This document shows positions 9,696 through 18,558 of a stretch of DNA of 64,000 nt, piece after piece (the first letter of the stretch is position 1; each line of letters starts with the position of its first letter). The notes beneath the pieces were generated by a model. The model did not search any database, was not told the DNA's origin, and worked only from the letters and a program-made list of their open reading frames with translations. This DNA comes from an uncultured Acidimicrobiaceae bacterium (GTDB lineage: Bacteria > Actinomycetota > Acidimicrobiia > Acidimicrobiales > Palsa-688): contig CAWAYZ010000014.1 of the NCBI GenBank assembly GCA_963786345.1, forward strand, positions 45,557 to 109,556. Reading direction: 5' to 3'. Both the position numbers and the translations under genes were made by a program.

Positions 9696-9899
9696 GTTGA
9701 GTGGAGAGGTCGCCGGGCCCAACGGGTACCGGAGAAGGCCCGGTATCGACCTGTTCGGCTCCTGGGGGCACGCTCACGGGCCCTGCTCGGTTGACCTCTA
9801 ACTCACCGGAGCGCCCTCAAGTTGACGACATTTTCCGAGCCACCCAGTAACCGACCGGGCTAGAGTGCGCGAAGCGGCCGACGGCCGCAAGGGGGCCCT

Positions 9900-10220
9900 A
9901 TGTCAAAGTACCTGCTTGAGGTCAAATACACACTGGACGGCGTCCGGGGAGTCAAGGCGCAGGGTGGTTCCGCCCGTGTCGCTGCGGCATCCGAGCTGAT
10001 CGAAAGCGTCGGCGGCAAGCTCGACTCTTTCTATTTTGCCTTCGGTGACACTGACGTCTACGTTGTCGCTGATTTTCCTGACAATATTTCTGCCGCAGCA
10101 GCCGCTCAGACGGTGACCGCTGGAGGCGGGGCTACGGCTCGGACGGTAGTTCTCCTCACAGCTGCCGAGATCGACGCCGCCGCTTCCAAGACATCGACCT
10201 ACCGACCGCCAGGGAGCTGA
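9900..10220 (+). CDS. GYD-domain protein
   Basis: 106-aa ORF with a G-rich RBS 6 nt upstream. YFAFGDTDVYVVADFPDN matches the GYD-family core pattern. Confidence 0.75.
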   Translation: MSKYLLEVKYTLDGVRGVKAQGGSARVAAASELIESVGGKLDSFYFAFGDTDVYVVADFPDNISAAAAAQTVTAGGGATARTVVLLTAAEIDAAASKTSTYRPPGS

Positions 10221-10618
10221 ACACAGGAAGCTGCGACGCGGTCGGCTCGGGTTGCTGGACGGCGCCACACGTGGCCAGCGTCTCAAGGAGATGTCGGTCG
10301 GTCATGTCACAGTTCGTAAAGGTCGCTCCTAGGTGAGGGCTGGGGTCGGAGGGGGGACTCGTCCAATCTTCGACTGGCGGGGCTAACGCCGAGGATAGGC
10401 GCCCTTCTGGACAAGCCAGGTGCTAGCACGAGGATGTCTACACCGGCTGGCCTCCTTGAGCGGGGCCGGCAACAAGGCCAAGCTGTTGGGAACACGGCCG
10501 AGATCGTTGGCGATCGCGGCGCGACAGTGCGGTCAGTAGACCTCACGAAGTTCTACGACCAGACGCCCTATCAACTACCGCCGGCCTAGTACGCGACGGT
10601 CCCACCGAGGAGGTCCAT

Positions 10619-10935
10619 GTGCGAGTAGCCAAAGCAGCCGTCAGTGTCGTCGTGCTCGGAGGTCTGATGCTCGTTGGCGGCTCCGCCCTCAGCCGACCGT
10701 CAACAAGGCAACCTGTTCGGCGGTTCTTTCTGTAACTGCTCCGGTGACGGTGTTCAATGGCACTGGTCTCTACACAGGAATTGCCGGGACGGTGAACATC
10801 ACCGAAACCTACGCCTTCATCCTCCCCCAGTTCACGAGCGGCAAGGACAAGGGCCAGTGCAACGAGGGCAACAACACCCAGCCGATTGGCCAGTATGGGT
10901 CGATCGTAGGCACCGGTACCGTCTCGTTCAGCTAG
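10619..10935 (+). pseudogene. small secreted protein gene read in two frames (frame change near 10690)
   Basis: GAGGAGG (10607-10613) precedes GTG 10619, which opens a signal-peptide-like ORF (VRVAKAAVSVVVLGGLMLVGGSALS) ending at TAA 10733. The adjacent frame is open through this region and continues as QPTVNKATCSAVLSVTAPVTVFNGTGLYTG... to 10935. A hairpin lies just downstream. Confidence 0.4.
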
Positions 10936-10961
10936 GAACCGAGGAAACGTTCAAAGGGCGA

Positions 10962-10987
10962 GGCGCCCGGGGTCAGCATCGGGCGCC
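10962..10987 (+). terminator. GC hairpin (ggcgcccg N10 cgggcgcc)
   Basis: Perfect 8-bp inverted repeat 27 nt after the stop at 10935. There is no clear U-tract. Confidence 0.4.
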
Positions 10988-10993
10988 AACTAG

Positions 10994-11149
10994 GACAGCG
11001 TCCGCGCGCACGTCACCGCGCTCGGACCGCTCGACAGGCTCTGCCGCTACCACCACGCCTTGACGACCACCAAGGGCTGGGCCCTGGTCGAGGCACGGGT
11101 AAAGGAGACTTCGTCCCCCCAGAGGGCCCGAGGCACCCCGTGGCTTTAG
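10994..11149 (+). pseudogene. C-terminal remnant of an HNH endonuclease (DUF222/13E12-like)
   Basis: 52-codon frame with AHVTALGPLDRLCRYHHALTTTKGWALVE, resembling the ...NL..LC..HH..K...GW core of actinobacterial HNH proteins. A stop lies immediately upstream, so the N-terminal approximately 90 percent is missing. Confidence 0.35.
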
Positions 11150-11241
11150 CTTACGGAGAAGCTTCGCCTTGCGAGAAGTTGCGCCGCAGCGCGCCGCCCG
11201 GCGGTGGTCACACACTTCGGGACGGCCCCACTGCACCCGGT

Positions 11242-11661
11242 CTACGCCGGTGGGCCCTGCGGTACAACGCCGAGCTGCTGCATCATCGACATCATGTCCA
11301 TGACACCCCAGTGTTCAACTGCGAGACCGTCGTTACCGAAGCTCACGATGTCGATGGCCTGCACGTTTACGCTCTTGCCGGTCGCCGGCATGCCCATGAA
11401 CTCGCCTTTGTTGGTCCCGGTAACGCGAGCGCGAGCAATAACCTTGTCGCCGGCCGTCAGGATATCTTCGGCGTCGAAGCGCAAATCGGGGAACGCAGCG
11501 ATCATCATCCGAAAAAGTTGCCTGGTGCCTTCTTTGTTCGGTTCGAGGCCAGGCATCGCCTCATGCTCGACGAAGCCGTCAGCCAGTCGCTCAGCGGCCG
11601 CGTCGACGTCGCCGGCATTTATCTGCTCAAAGAAGTGTCGCAGTGCTGCTTCGTTGTCCAT
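11242..11661 (-). CDS. ester cyclase / SnoaL-like NTF2-fold protein
   Basis: 139-aa ORF. FVEHEAMPGLEPNKEGTRQLF...GDKVIARARVTGTNKGEFMGMPATGKSVNVQAIDIVSF is typical of the ester-cyclase family. Confidence 0.8.
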   Translation of the reverse strand: MDNEAALRHFFEQINAGDVDAAAERLADGFVEHEAMPGLEPNKEGTRQLFRMMIAAFPDLRFDAEDILTAGDKVIARARVTGTNKGEFMGMPATGKSVNVQAIDIVSFGNDGLAVEHWGVMDMMSMMQQLGVVPQGPPA

Positions 11662-11741
11662 GGTTCTTTCCCCTTATGTTGTCGGTGGCAGCGAGCATAC
11701 GTCACCACACCTCGCCGGGAGCAGGGGAAGGGCTGGCGTCG

Positions 11742-11862
11742 TGTACCTTCGAGCTGCTTGATAACCGACATCATGTCCATGACGGGTCAGCTTCCAGTCA
11801 ATAGGTGACGGGCCAGGTTCCAGTCGATACAAGCAAGTGGTGCTGGCACGGGGTGATTTCAC
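11742..11862 (-). pseudogene. remnant of a second ester-cyclase paralog (C-terminal end only)
   Basis: The 18-mer cgacatcatgtccatgac occurs at 11288-11305 (end of the intact gene, encoding VMDMMS) and again at 11767-11784. The second copy reads VMDMMSVIKQLEG, versus VMDMMSMMQQLG in the intact gene, and has a stop and a frame break just upstream. Confidence 0.35.
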
Positions 11863-12108
11863 AGGCTGACCTCATTCTTGGGGGCCGAGGGTTGGGCCCA
11901 GTATGGCCTTCAACTCGATCACGGCGCTGCCGGCGTCTCCGCCGTGGAACGTGAGATCGGTGCCGCCCTCCCTCCGCGCACCCTCTTGCTATCGCTGGTC
12001 CTCGTCGTCGTCGGCGCCTTAGTGCTGCCAATCTTGTGGCTACCGTTCCCGGACGGATCGCCGCACGTACCCCGGCCGCGATCGTGTTCCGATCGGAATG
12101 AGCCGGAG

Positions 12109-14070
12109 CTAGAACCGGACGGGGTCGACGTCGATCCGTACCCGTTCGCTGGGCCGGCCGGCCGCTGCGAGCGTGTCGGCGAGACTGCCGTGGTCTGCCG
12201 CGCGCACGACCCAGCGGTCATCCCCCAACTCGCTCAGTTCAACCGGCTCCCCCGAAAGATCGCCGGCCGAGACTCCGCCCAGTTCAACTCGATCGCCAGG
12301 CAGGTCGGCAGGCAGGTCGGCAGGCAGGTCGCCGGTGAAGCCGCCCCTAAGGGCACTAGCCAGCTCGCGGGCACCGGGGCCTGAGAGGATAGCCAGCGCG
12401 GAGAACGGAGGGAGCCGGAGGGCTTTGCGCACCGCTTCCTCCGACGCGGCAAGGCGGCCTGGGTCGGCGAGCAGGGCTGCTTCGATCACGGGATGGCTCG
12501 GGGCTCTGGTCTGCACGAGGACCTTGCCGGCGCGTTGGCGGCCGCCGACCAGGCGTGAGGCCCGTGCGAGCAGAGCCAGGGCTTCCTCGCCGGCCCGGAA
12601 GCGGGGAGCCAGCAACTCCTGGTCGAAGTCCAGGAACGCCACGGCCCCCACTCCCCCGCCCTTTCGCAGCTCTCCCTCCCGGTACAGCACAGCCTCTGTG
12701 CCAACGAGTACGGGCGCCGCCGGGAGCGGACCAGTACCGGCGGACACCTCCCCGACCGGGCGGCCCGAGAGGGCCTCGAGCTGTTCTCTTGCCCGGCTGA
12801 TCCCGGCTCTCAGCAGCCGCAAGACACTTGAGCCGCACGAACCGCACACAAGCGGTCGGGACGTGCCGCAACGCCGGCAGACCATGCCCTCGCCGACAAC
12901 GGCGACCGCTGCACCGCACTGCTCACAGGTAGCCAGCTCCCCGCAGGCGTCACAGGCCGACAACTGGGCACGGCCCTTTCTGTTCAGCACGCATACGACC
13001 CGGTAATCGCTCCTCAGTACCGCGACGAGGCCCGATGAGTAAAGCCCCGTCCGGGGGTCCTCGCGCCGGCAGTCCACGACCTCGAGGGCAGCCCAACCCG
13101 ACCGCTCGGAAGAGACGCTGGCTACGTGCACCTGGTCTGCCGCCGCGAGTAGCTCCACCGTCGGGCAAGGGGTTACCCAGAGGCACGGCACTGCTGCGAG
13201 GCGGGCGCGTTCGGCGGCAACTGACGGCGCGTCCCAGGTCGGTGCCGCCCCTTGGACCAGGCCCTCGTCGTCCGCGTCCAGGACAACAATCGATGCCGCT
13301 CCTGGGCATGGCCCCCAAGCAGCGGCCCTCGTGCCGATCACCACGTCCGCTCCGGCGCGGGCCTGCGCCCAGCCCCCGGGCAGCAGAGCGACCTGAGCAC
13401 CCCGGCTGCGTAGTGCCGCGCACCCAGCCTCCGCTCTCGCCGTCGTGGGAGCAACAACGAGCACCGGCCCATGCCCCGCGGCCGCCATCACCACCTCGGT
13501 GGCGCTGTAGACCGGGGGCAACCGCAACAGATGGGTGCCCGGGCTCCAGGCCTCCTCGACCAGCCCTTGGACCGCCCCCCGCCCCTGCCCCTGCCAGCCC
13601 TTTCGCTCCCTGCGCTGTCGCTCCCGGCTCTATCCCGACCAGAGAAGGGCCCTGGCCGGCGGAGGGAGAGCCCGCACAGCATTCTGCGGCGACGCAGTGA
13701 AGAGCAGTGAGCGGCGTCGGCTCGCCCAACGCCAGGCGGCCCATTCGGCCAGCTCGAACAGCTCCGGCTCGGGGCCCCAACCTGTCACCTTGGCGATCGG
13801 CCGCAGTGCCAAGCCTTCGGGCGGCTCCACCGGGTAGGCGACCACCCATCCGCGCACAGCGCGCCCCTGCAGGGGCACCCTCACGATAGAACCGGGCCGA
13901 AGTTCAGCGGCGAACTTGGCCGGGACCGCATAGTCCAGCTCCCGCTCGAAGCCTGCGACGTCGGGCAGCACCCGTGCGACGAGAGCGACGAGAGCGACGG
14001 GCGTGTCGGGCGTGTCGGGCGTGTCGGGCAGCCCGATCACCCCGGACGAATCAGGCACTTCGTGCGGCAT
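12109..14070 (-). CDS. priA: primosomal protein N' (PriA), interrupted by an in-frame TAG at 13630-13632
   Basis: The N-terminal piece (13630..14070) contains RVPLQGRAVRGWVV. The C-terminal piece (12109..13527) contains the PriA zinc region CDACGELATCEQCGAAVAV...CRRCGTSRPLVCGSCGSS. Both pieces are in the same frame. The position next to metK is conserved. Confidence 0.8.
12297..12332. repeat. 12-nt tandem repeat x3 (caggcaggtcgg) in the priA C-terminal region
   Basis: Three consecutive copies, the last with one mismatch. They encode DLPADLPADLPG. Confidence 0.9.
13976..14029. repeat. two adjacent 9-nt tandem repeats (gcgacgaga x2-3, gtgtcgggc x3) in the priA N-terminus
   Basis: Read directly from the sequence. 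They encode PDTPDTPDTP and VALVALVA. Confidence 0.9.
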
Positions 14071-14160
14071 TCTGTGGGCACTTTTTGTTGCCTATCGCGC
14101 GTTTAGTCCCCGGATACCATTTTGGCGGAGGCAATTCGCTAAAGACCGACACCGGACCAA

Positions 14161-15354
14161 CTAGAGGCCGACTGCCTGTTTGAACTCGGCCAGCCGGCTG
14201 GTCACCTCCCAGGTGAGATCTTTGTCCGGGCGGCCGAAATGTCCATAAGTGGCGGTGCGCCGGTATATCGGGCGCCGCAAGTCGAGGTCCCGGATGATCG
14301 CCGCCGGGCGGAGGTCGAAAACTTCGTCCACCGCCTTGGCTACTTTGGCGGGGGCCACCTTCTCAGTCCCGAACAGTTCGACCATCAACGACACCGGCCG
14401 GGCGACCCCGATCGCATATGCGATCTGGACCTCGCAGCGTTTGGCCGCCCCCGAAGCCACAACGTGCTTGGCGACCCAGCGCGCGGCGTAGGCACCGGAG
14501 CGGTCGACTTTGGAAGGATCCTTGCCGGAAAAAGCCCCGCCGCCGTGCCGGGCCGCCCCTCCATAAGTATCCACGATTATTTTCCTCCCGGTCAGCCCGG
14601 TATCGGCGCTGGGCCCGCCGCGTTCGAAGCGGCCGGTCGGGTTGGCAAGGACCTCGTAGGCGTCGTCGGCATATTGTGCGGGCACGATCGGGGCGATGAC
14701 GTGGTCGCGGAGATCCGGCTTCAGCAACGTTTCGAGGTCCACGGTCGGCCGGTGCTGGGTAGACACGAGCACGGTCTTCAGCCGAACAGGCCGCCCGTCT
14801 TCGTACTCGAACGTGACCTGGGTCTTCCCATCCGGTCGCAGATAGGGAAGGACTCCGACCTTTCGCACCTGGGCCAGGCGCTGCGCCAGCCGGTGGGCCA
14901 ACCATATCGGCACGGGCATCAAGTCGTCGGTCTCGTCGCACGCGTAGCCGAACATCATCCCCTGGTCGCCGGCGCCCTGGCCAAAAAGGGCGTCCTCGCC
15001 GCTCGTCCCCTGGCGGACCTCATAAGCAGTGTCAACACCCATGGCGATGTCTGCGGACTGCTGGCCGATCGAGACCGCCACACCGCACGTCAGCCCGTCG
15101 AACCCCATTTCCGAGCTCGTATAACCGATCCCGGAGACCACCTCGCGAACTATCTGAGGGATCTCGACGTAGGCGCTTGTCGTTATTTCGCCGGCGACAA
15201 CGACCAAACCGGTCGTGAGGAGCGTCTCGCAGGCGACGCGCGCCATCGGGTCCTGGTCCAATATGGCGTCAAGGATCGCGTCGGAAATCTGGTCGGCCAT
15301 CTTGTCCGGATGGCCTTCCGTAACCGATTCCGACGTAAAGTCCCAGCGTGTCAT
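14161..15354 (-). CDS. metK: S-adenosylmethionine synthetase
   Basis: 397-aa ORF with [25 protein letters not shown] and [16 protein letters not shown] motifs. Confidence 0.98.
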   Translation of the reverse strand: MTRWDFTSESVTEGHPDKMADQISDAILDAILDQDPMARVACETLLTTGLVVVAGEITTSAYVEIPQIVREVVSGIGYTSSEMGFDGLTCGVAVSIGQQSADIAMGVDTAYEVRQGTSGEDALFGQGAGDQGMMFGYACDETDDLMPVPIWLAHRLAQRLAQVRKVGVLPYLRPDGKTQVTFEYEDGRPVRLKTVLVSTQHRPTVDLETLLKPDLRDHVIAPIVPAQYADDAYEVLANPTGRFERGGPSADTGLTGRKIIVDTYGGAARHGGGAFSGKDPSKVDRSGAYAARWVAKHVVASGAAKRCEVQIAYAIGVARPVSLMVELFGTEKVAPAKVAKAVDEVFDLRPAAIIRDLDLRRPIYRRTATYGHFGRPDKDLTWEVTSRLAEFKQAVGL

Positions 15355-16778
15355 CCTGCTGTTCCCTTCCTCTGCGACAGGGTGCCGTTAGTGCCTAACA
15401 GATCTCCGATTGCGTCGACCAGCTTGGCTGCAACCGCCCGCTTGTCAGCCAAACCGAGCTCAGCGCTCGACCCGACGGACACGATAACAGCGTCGCTACT
15501 GTCCTGGCCGAAACCGGACCGGGCGCGAGCAGTTACGTCGTTCGCAACGATCAGGTCGACCCCTTTGGAAACGAGCTTGTGCCTGCCGAGCTCGGCAAGC
15601 TCCGCGCTTGTGGCTGTTTCGGCAGCGAAACCAACGAGGACTTGGCCAAGCCGGCGGCGAGCACTCAGCTCGGCCAGAATGTCGAGGGTCGGTACAAGCT
15701 CGACAGCGAGCGGCGAGGGGGACTTCTTGAGCTTTCTCTCCGCTATCACCGCCGGCCGGTAGTCCGCCACCGCAGCTGCCATCACGACTACGTCAGCCTG
15801 AGCGGCGGCGTCGAGCACGGCGGTGGCCATTTCTGCGGCGGTTTCGACCTCCACGACGTCGACCTCCGCCGGGGCTGCCAGGTCGCTCGAAGTCACCAAT
15901 GTCACCTGCGCTCCACGGGCCCTCAGCTCCGAGGCGATGGCGTAGCCCTGCTTGCCCGAGCTCCGGTTGCCGATATAGCGCACCGGGTCGAGCGGTTCAC
16001 GGGTCCCGCCGGCGCTGACCACGGCCCTGACGCCCGTGAACGGCCCCTCTGCCTCTGCCTCGGCCTGCGCGGCCGCCGTTGCCGTTGCCGTCGCCTGGCC
16101 GAGGATTGCTGCGAGCGCCGCGACGATTTCTTCCGGCTCCCGGAGGCGGCCCATGCCGAAGTCGCCGCCCGCCAAGTGGCCTTCGGCCGGCTCGAGAAGG
16201 TGCACGCCCCGCCGGCGCAGCGTTGCGATGTTGTCCTGCACGGCCGGGTGCTCCCACATCTCGGTGTGCATGGCCGGGCAGACGAGCACCGGGGCACGAG
16301 TTGCGAGCAGGGTAGCGCTCAGCAGGTCAGACGAGATACCTGCCGCGTAGCAGCCGATCAAGCGGGCGGTGGCGGGCGCAACCACTATCGCATCGGCGTT
16401 CCGGCCGAGCTGGAGGTGCGGGACTACGTTGCCGAACGTGGCGCCGGCCTCGAGCGTCCCAGAAGCGCCGGCCCCCGAAGCCGGCTCTTCGCTGAACAGG
16501 GAGGTCCGGGCAGGCTCGGCCGCAAGGGCGCTAAAAGTGAGCGGCCCGACAAAACGGGTCGCGCTCTGCGTCAGGACGGGGCTCACGAGAGCCCCCGCAT
16601 CGCTCAGGCGCCGGCACACCTCCACCGCTTTGTAGGCGGCGATGCCCCCGCACACGCCGAGGACGACCCGCTTGCCTGCGAGTGGCGACCCCGAAAGTGG
16701 CGACTCCGAAAGTGGCGACCCCGAAAGTGGCGACCCCGAAAGTGGCGACCCCGAAAGTGGCGACATGGCCGTGCTCAT
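15351..16778 (-). CDS. coaBC: bifunctional phosphopantothenoylcysteine decarboxylase / phosphopantothenate-cysteine ligase
   Basis: 475-aa ORF with the flavoprotein domain ([13 protein letters not shown]...PAMHTEMW) and the ligase domain ([24 protein letters not shown]). The stop overlaps the metK start. Confidence 0.93.
   Translation of the reverse strand: MSTAMSPLSGSPLSGSPLSGSPLSESPLSGSPLAGKRVVLGVCGGIAAYKAVEVCRRLSDAGALVSPVLTQSATRFVGPLTFSALAAEPARTSLFSEEPASGAGASGTLEAGATFGNVVPHLQLGRNADAIVVAPATARLIGCYAAGISSDLLSATLLATRAPVLVCPAMHTEMWEHPAVQDNIATLRRRGVHLLEPAEGHLAGGDFGMGRLREPEEIVAALAAILGQATATATAAAQAEAEAEGPFTGVRAVVSAGGTREPLDPVRYIGNRSSGKQGYAIASELRARGAQVTLVTSSDLAAPAEVDVVEVETAAEMATAVLDAAAQADVVVMAAAVADYRPAVIAERKLKKSPSPLAVELVPTLDILAELSARRRLGQVLVGFAAETATSAELAELGRHKLVSKGVDLIVANDVTARARSGFGQDSSDAVIVSVGSSAELGLADKRAVAAKLVDAIGDLLGTNGTLSQRKGTAG
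16681..16764. repeat. 15-nt tandem repeat, about 5.6 copies (agtggcgaccccgaa), in frame in the coaBC N-terminus
   Basis: Read directly from the sequence. It encodes (SPLSG)n immediately after the start codon. Confidence 0.92.
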
Positions 16779-16798
16779 CGCTGGCAGGCTAGCCCGCC

Positions 16799-16850
16799 GG
16801 GCAGCTCAGACGGCCGATCCGTCCGGGCAGCTCAGACGGCCGACCCGTCC
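16799..16850. repeat. 26-nt tandem duplication x2 spanning the rpoZ stop codon
   Basis: gggcagctcagacggccgatccgtcc (16799-16824) is followed by gggcagctcagacggccgacccgtcc (16825-16850). The rpoZ stop (16832-16834) lies in copy 2, and copy 1 repeats it in the coaBC-rpoZ spacer. Confidence 0.9.
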
Positions 16851-17128
16851 TCCACTGCCTCTTCGACCTCGGCGTCCGGGTCGATGATGCGATGGTAGGT
16901 GATCTTCCCGGCGGCGACCTCGTCCAGAGCGATGGACAACGGCTTGCGGGAGATCGAGGTCACCTGCGGCGGGACGATGGACCCCAGGCCCTCGCCGAGC
17001 TGGTTGAAATAGGAGTTGACCTCCCGGCCACGCTTCGCCGCGAGGCTTACCAGGGTGTACTTGGAATCGACCCTGTCGAGCAGCGCCTCGATCGGCGGAT
17101 CCATCATCGTCGGCCTTCGTTCAGCCAT
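16832..17128 (-). CDS. rpoZ: DNA-directed RNA polymerase subunit omega
   Basis: LLDRVDSKYTLVSLAAKRGREVNSY is the RpoZ core. The position between gmk and coaBC is conserved. Confidence 0.9.
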   Translation of the reverse strand: MAERRPTMMDPPIEALLDRVDSKYTLVSLAAKRGREVNSYFNQLGEGLGSIVPPQVTSISRKPLSIALDEVAAGKITYHRIIDPDAEVEEAVEDGSAV

Positions 17129-17208
17129 TAAGCCCAGCTCCTATCGGGTCAACCACATGCGGGTTCAGCTAGATATCGAGCCAGCGGGACATCGCTCAGC
17201 GAGTCTCG

Positions 17209-17874
17209 TCAGCGGGGTACCTGGCGGCAGAGGTCGATTATACCTGCGAGTTCGGCTGCAGCCCGCTCTACGTCATCGTTCACTACGACATGGTCAGTCA
17301 TCTCGCGCCCGACGCGCTCCTCTTCGGCCCCGACCAGCAGGCGTTTTTCGATACTGGCCTCGTCGTCGCCGCGCAGGCGCAAGCGTTCCGCCTGCACCTC
17401 GACCGACGGTGCCGCTATGAAGACGAGCACAGCCTCGGGGTACCTGCGCTTCACTTGCGACGCCCCGTCCGGGTCGATCTCCAGGACGACATCGCTGCCT
17501 CCGGGTGGTTCCAGCGTCGGGGTGCCGTACAGCCGGCCGTTGCCGGGGTACTCGGTCCACTCGACGAAGCCCCCGGCGCTCACGCGGTCCATGAACTCCT
17601 GGCGGGTCGTAAAAACATAGGCGCTCTCGGGTTCCGAGGGCCGCTGGGCCCTGGTCGTCCACGACCGCGACAACCATAGGCCGTCGCGGAGGCACATGAG
17701 CCGGGCGACGAGCGTTCCCTTTCCAACTCCCCCTACTCCAAAAATGACGAAAATAAGCGGGTTTCGTGGCTCATCCGCTTTCACTTCATCAGGCGGGCCG
17801 GTGGTGGTCAAAGGAGCATCCACGGCAGGGAGGCGGGCGGTGCGCTTCGGTCGGCTCGCACCCGTTCGGGACAC
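17209..17874 (-). CDS. gmk: guanylate kinase
   Basis: P-loop GVGGVGKGT, SRSWTTRAQRPSE and YGTP motifs. The N-terminal extension makes the start uncertain. Confidence 0.9.
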   Translation of the reverse strand: MSRTGASRPKRTARLPAVDAPLTTTGPPDEVKADEPRNPLIFVIFGVGGVGKGTLVARLMCLRDGLWLSRSWTTRAQRPSEPESAYVFTTRQEFMDRVSAGGFVEWTEYPGNGRLYGTPTLEPPGGSDVVLEIDPDGASQVKRRYPEAVLVFIAAPSVEVQAERLRLRGDDEASIEKRLLVGAEEERVGREMTDHVVVNDDVERAAAELAGIIDLCRQVPR

Positions 17875-18034
17875 GAGGCACAGCTTTGGGGGTTCACGAA
17901 ACGCCTCTGGGGGCCGGCCGCACCGACGGCGCAGCCTTCAACGATCCGCGCAGGGACGGCTCCGAGCGGTCCAGGACAGGGTAACGGTGGAAACTGGCCC
18001 GCGGGCGCGGGCATGGGACCACCCCGGCCGGGTC

Positions 18035-18349
18035 TTAGCTCAGCTTTTCGAGCAATTTGCGGCGCTGCTGTTCCCCCAGGCCCTGAACTCGCCTGGTGTC
18101 ACTGATGCCGACCTCGTCCATGACGCGACGAGCTTTGACCTTCCCGAGCCCGGGAAGGCTCTCGAGCACGGCAAGCACCTTCATCTTGCCGATCACTTCG
18201 TTGTTCTGTCCTTGGTCGAGAAGCTCCTTCAAGGAAACAGAGCCCATCTTGAGGCGGTCCTTAAGCTCAGCTCGTTGCTTACGAGCGGCAGCGGCCTTCT
18301 CCAGGGCGGCCTGGCGTTGTTCTGGGGAAAGAGTGGGCGGCAAAGGCAT
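18035..18349 (-). CDS. mihF: actinobacterial integration host factor mIHF
   Basis: LSPEQRQAALEKAAAARKQRAELK...VLESLPGLGKVKARRVMDEVGI is mIHF-like. ATG 18349 (MPLPPTLSPEQ) is preferred over the tracked 18418 start. Confidence 0.85.
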   Translation of the reverse strand: MPLPPTLSPEQRQAALEKAAAARKQRAELKDRLKMGSVSLKELLDQGQNNEVIGKMKVLAVLESLPGLGKVKARRVMDEVGISDTRRVQGLGEQQRRKLLEKLS

Positions 18350-18456
18350 GGTGCGCACCCTAGCGCGTTGCATCGCGAGGTTGTGAAATCCTGGCCCAAA
18401 AACTTCAGCGAGGCCCACCGGAGCCCCTTTTGGGCTGCTCTCAGGCCACCTTGGAC

Positions 18457-18496
18457 GCTTTCGAGCCGCTTTCGAGCCGCTTTCGAGCCGCTTGCC
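18457..18496. repeat. 11-nt tandem repeat x3.6 (gctttcgagcc) upstream of mihF
   Basis: Read directly from the sequence. It lies in the 209-nt pyrF-mihF spacer, and the unit length is not a multiple of 3. Confidence 0.9.
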
Positions 18497-18558
18497 GGCG
18501 TTTCTGGGGCCGCTCGGGCCGCTGGGGAGCGTTCAGGGGCGTTCGGGGGTTCAGGGAG

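Noticed and set aside
10434-10589. A 51-codon ORF (MSTPAGLLERGRQQ...ATVRSVDLTKFYDQTPYQLPPA) faintly resembling an ABC-ATPase N-terminus, and an HTH-like reading (LLDGATRGQRLKEMSVGHVTVRK) at about 10226-10330.
   Set aside because: Both are too short and too weakly similar to call. They may be further remnants in the decay patch, but I cannot support that.
11242-11661. The SnoaL-like ester cyclase as a marker of a polyketide biosynthetic cluster.
   Set aside because: No PKS, tailoring or transport genes are nearby. It is an isolated small NTF2-fold gene in a decay patch.
11878-12384. A 168-aa plus-strand ORF with one hydrophobic segment, overlapping the 3' end of priA.
   Set aside because: Most of it is antisense to priA coding sequence. 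Only the first approximately 75 codons are intergenic and have no recognisable features.
13630-13632. The in-frame TAG in priA as pyrrolysine or another recoding event.
   Set aside because: There is no supporting context (no pyl genes seen, lineage implausible). The surrounding 34 codons look non-native, which favours indel or nonsense lesions.
14239-15762. Long antisense ORFs opposite well-supported genes. Examples: 14239..15762 (+) opposite metK/coaBC, 20424..23036 (+) opposite carB, 7316..8392 (-) opposite the M20 peptidase, 15579..16898 (+), 25195..26499 (+), 45632..47002 (+), 60780..61940 (+).
   Set aside because: These are typical shadow ORFs of high-GC DNA. Their translations are Arg/Pro/Gly-rich with no recognisable motifs, while the opposite strand encodes textbook proteins.
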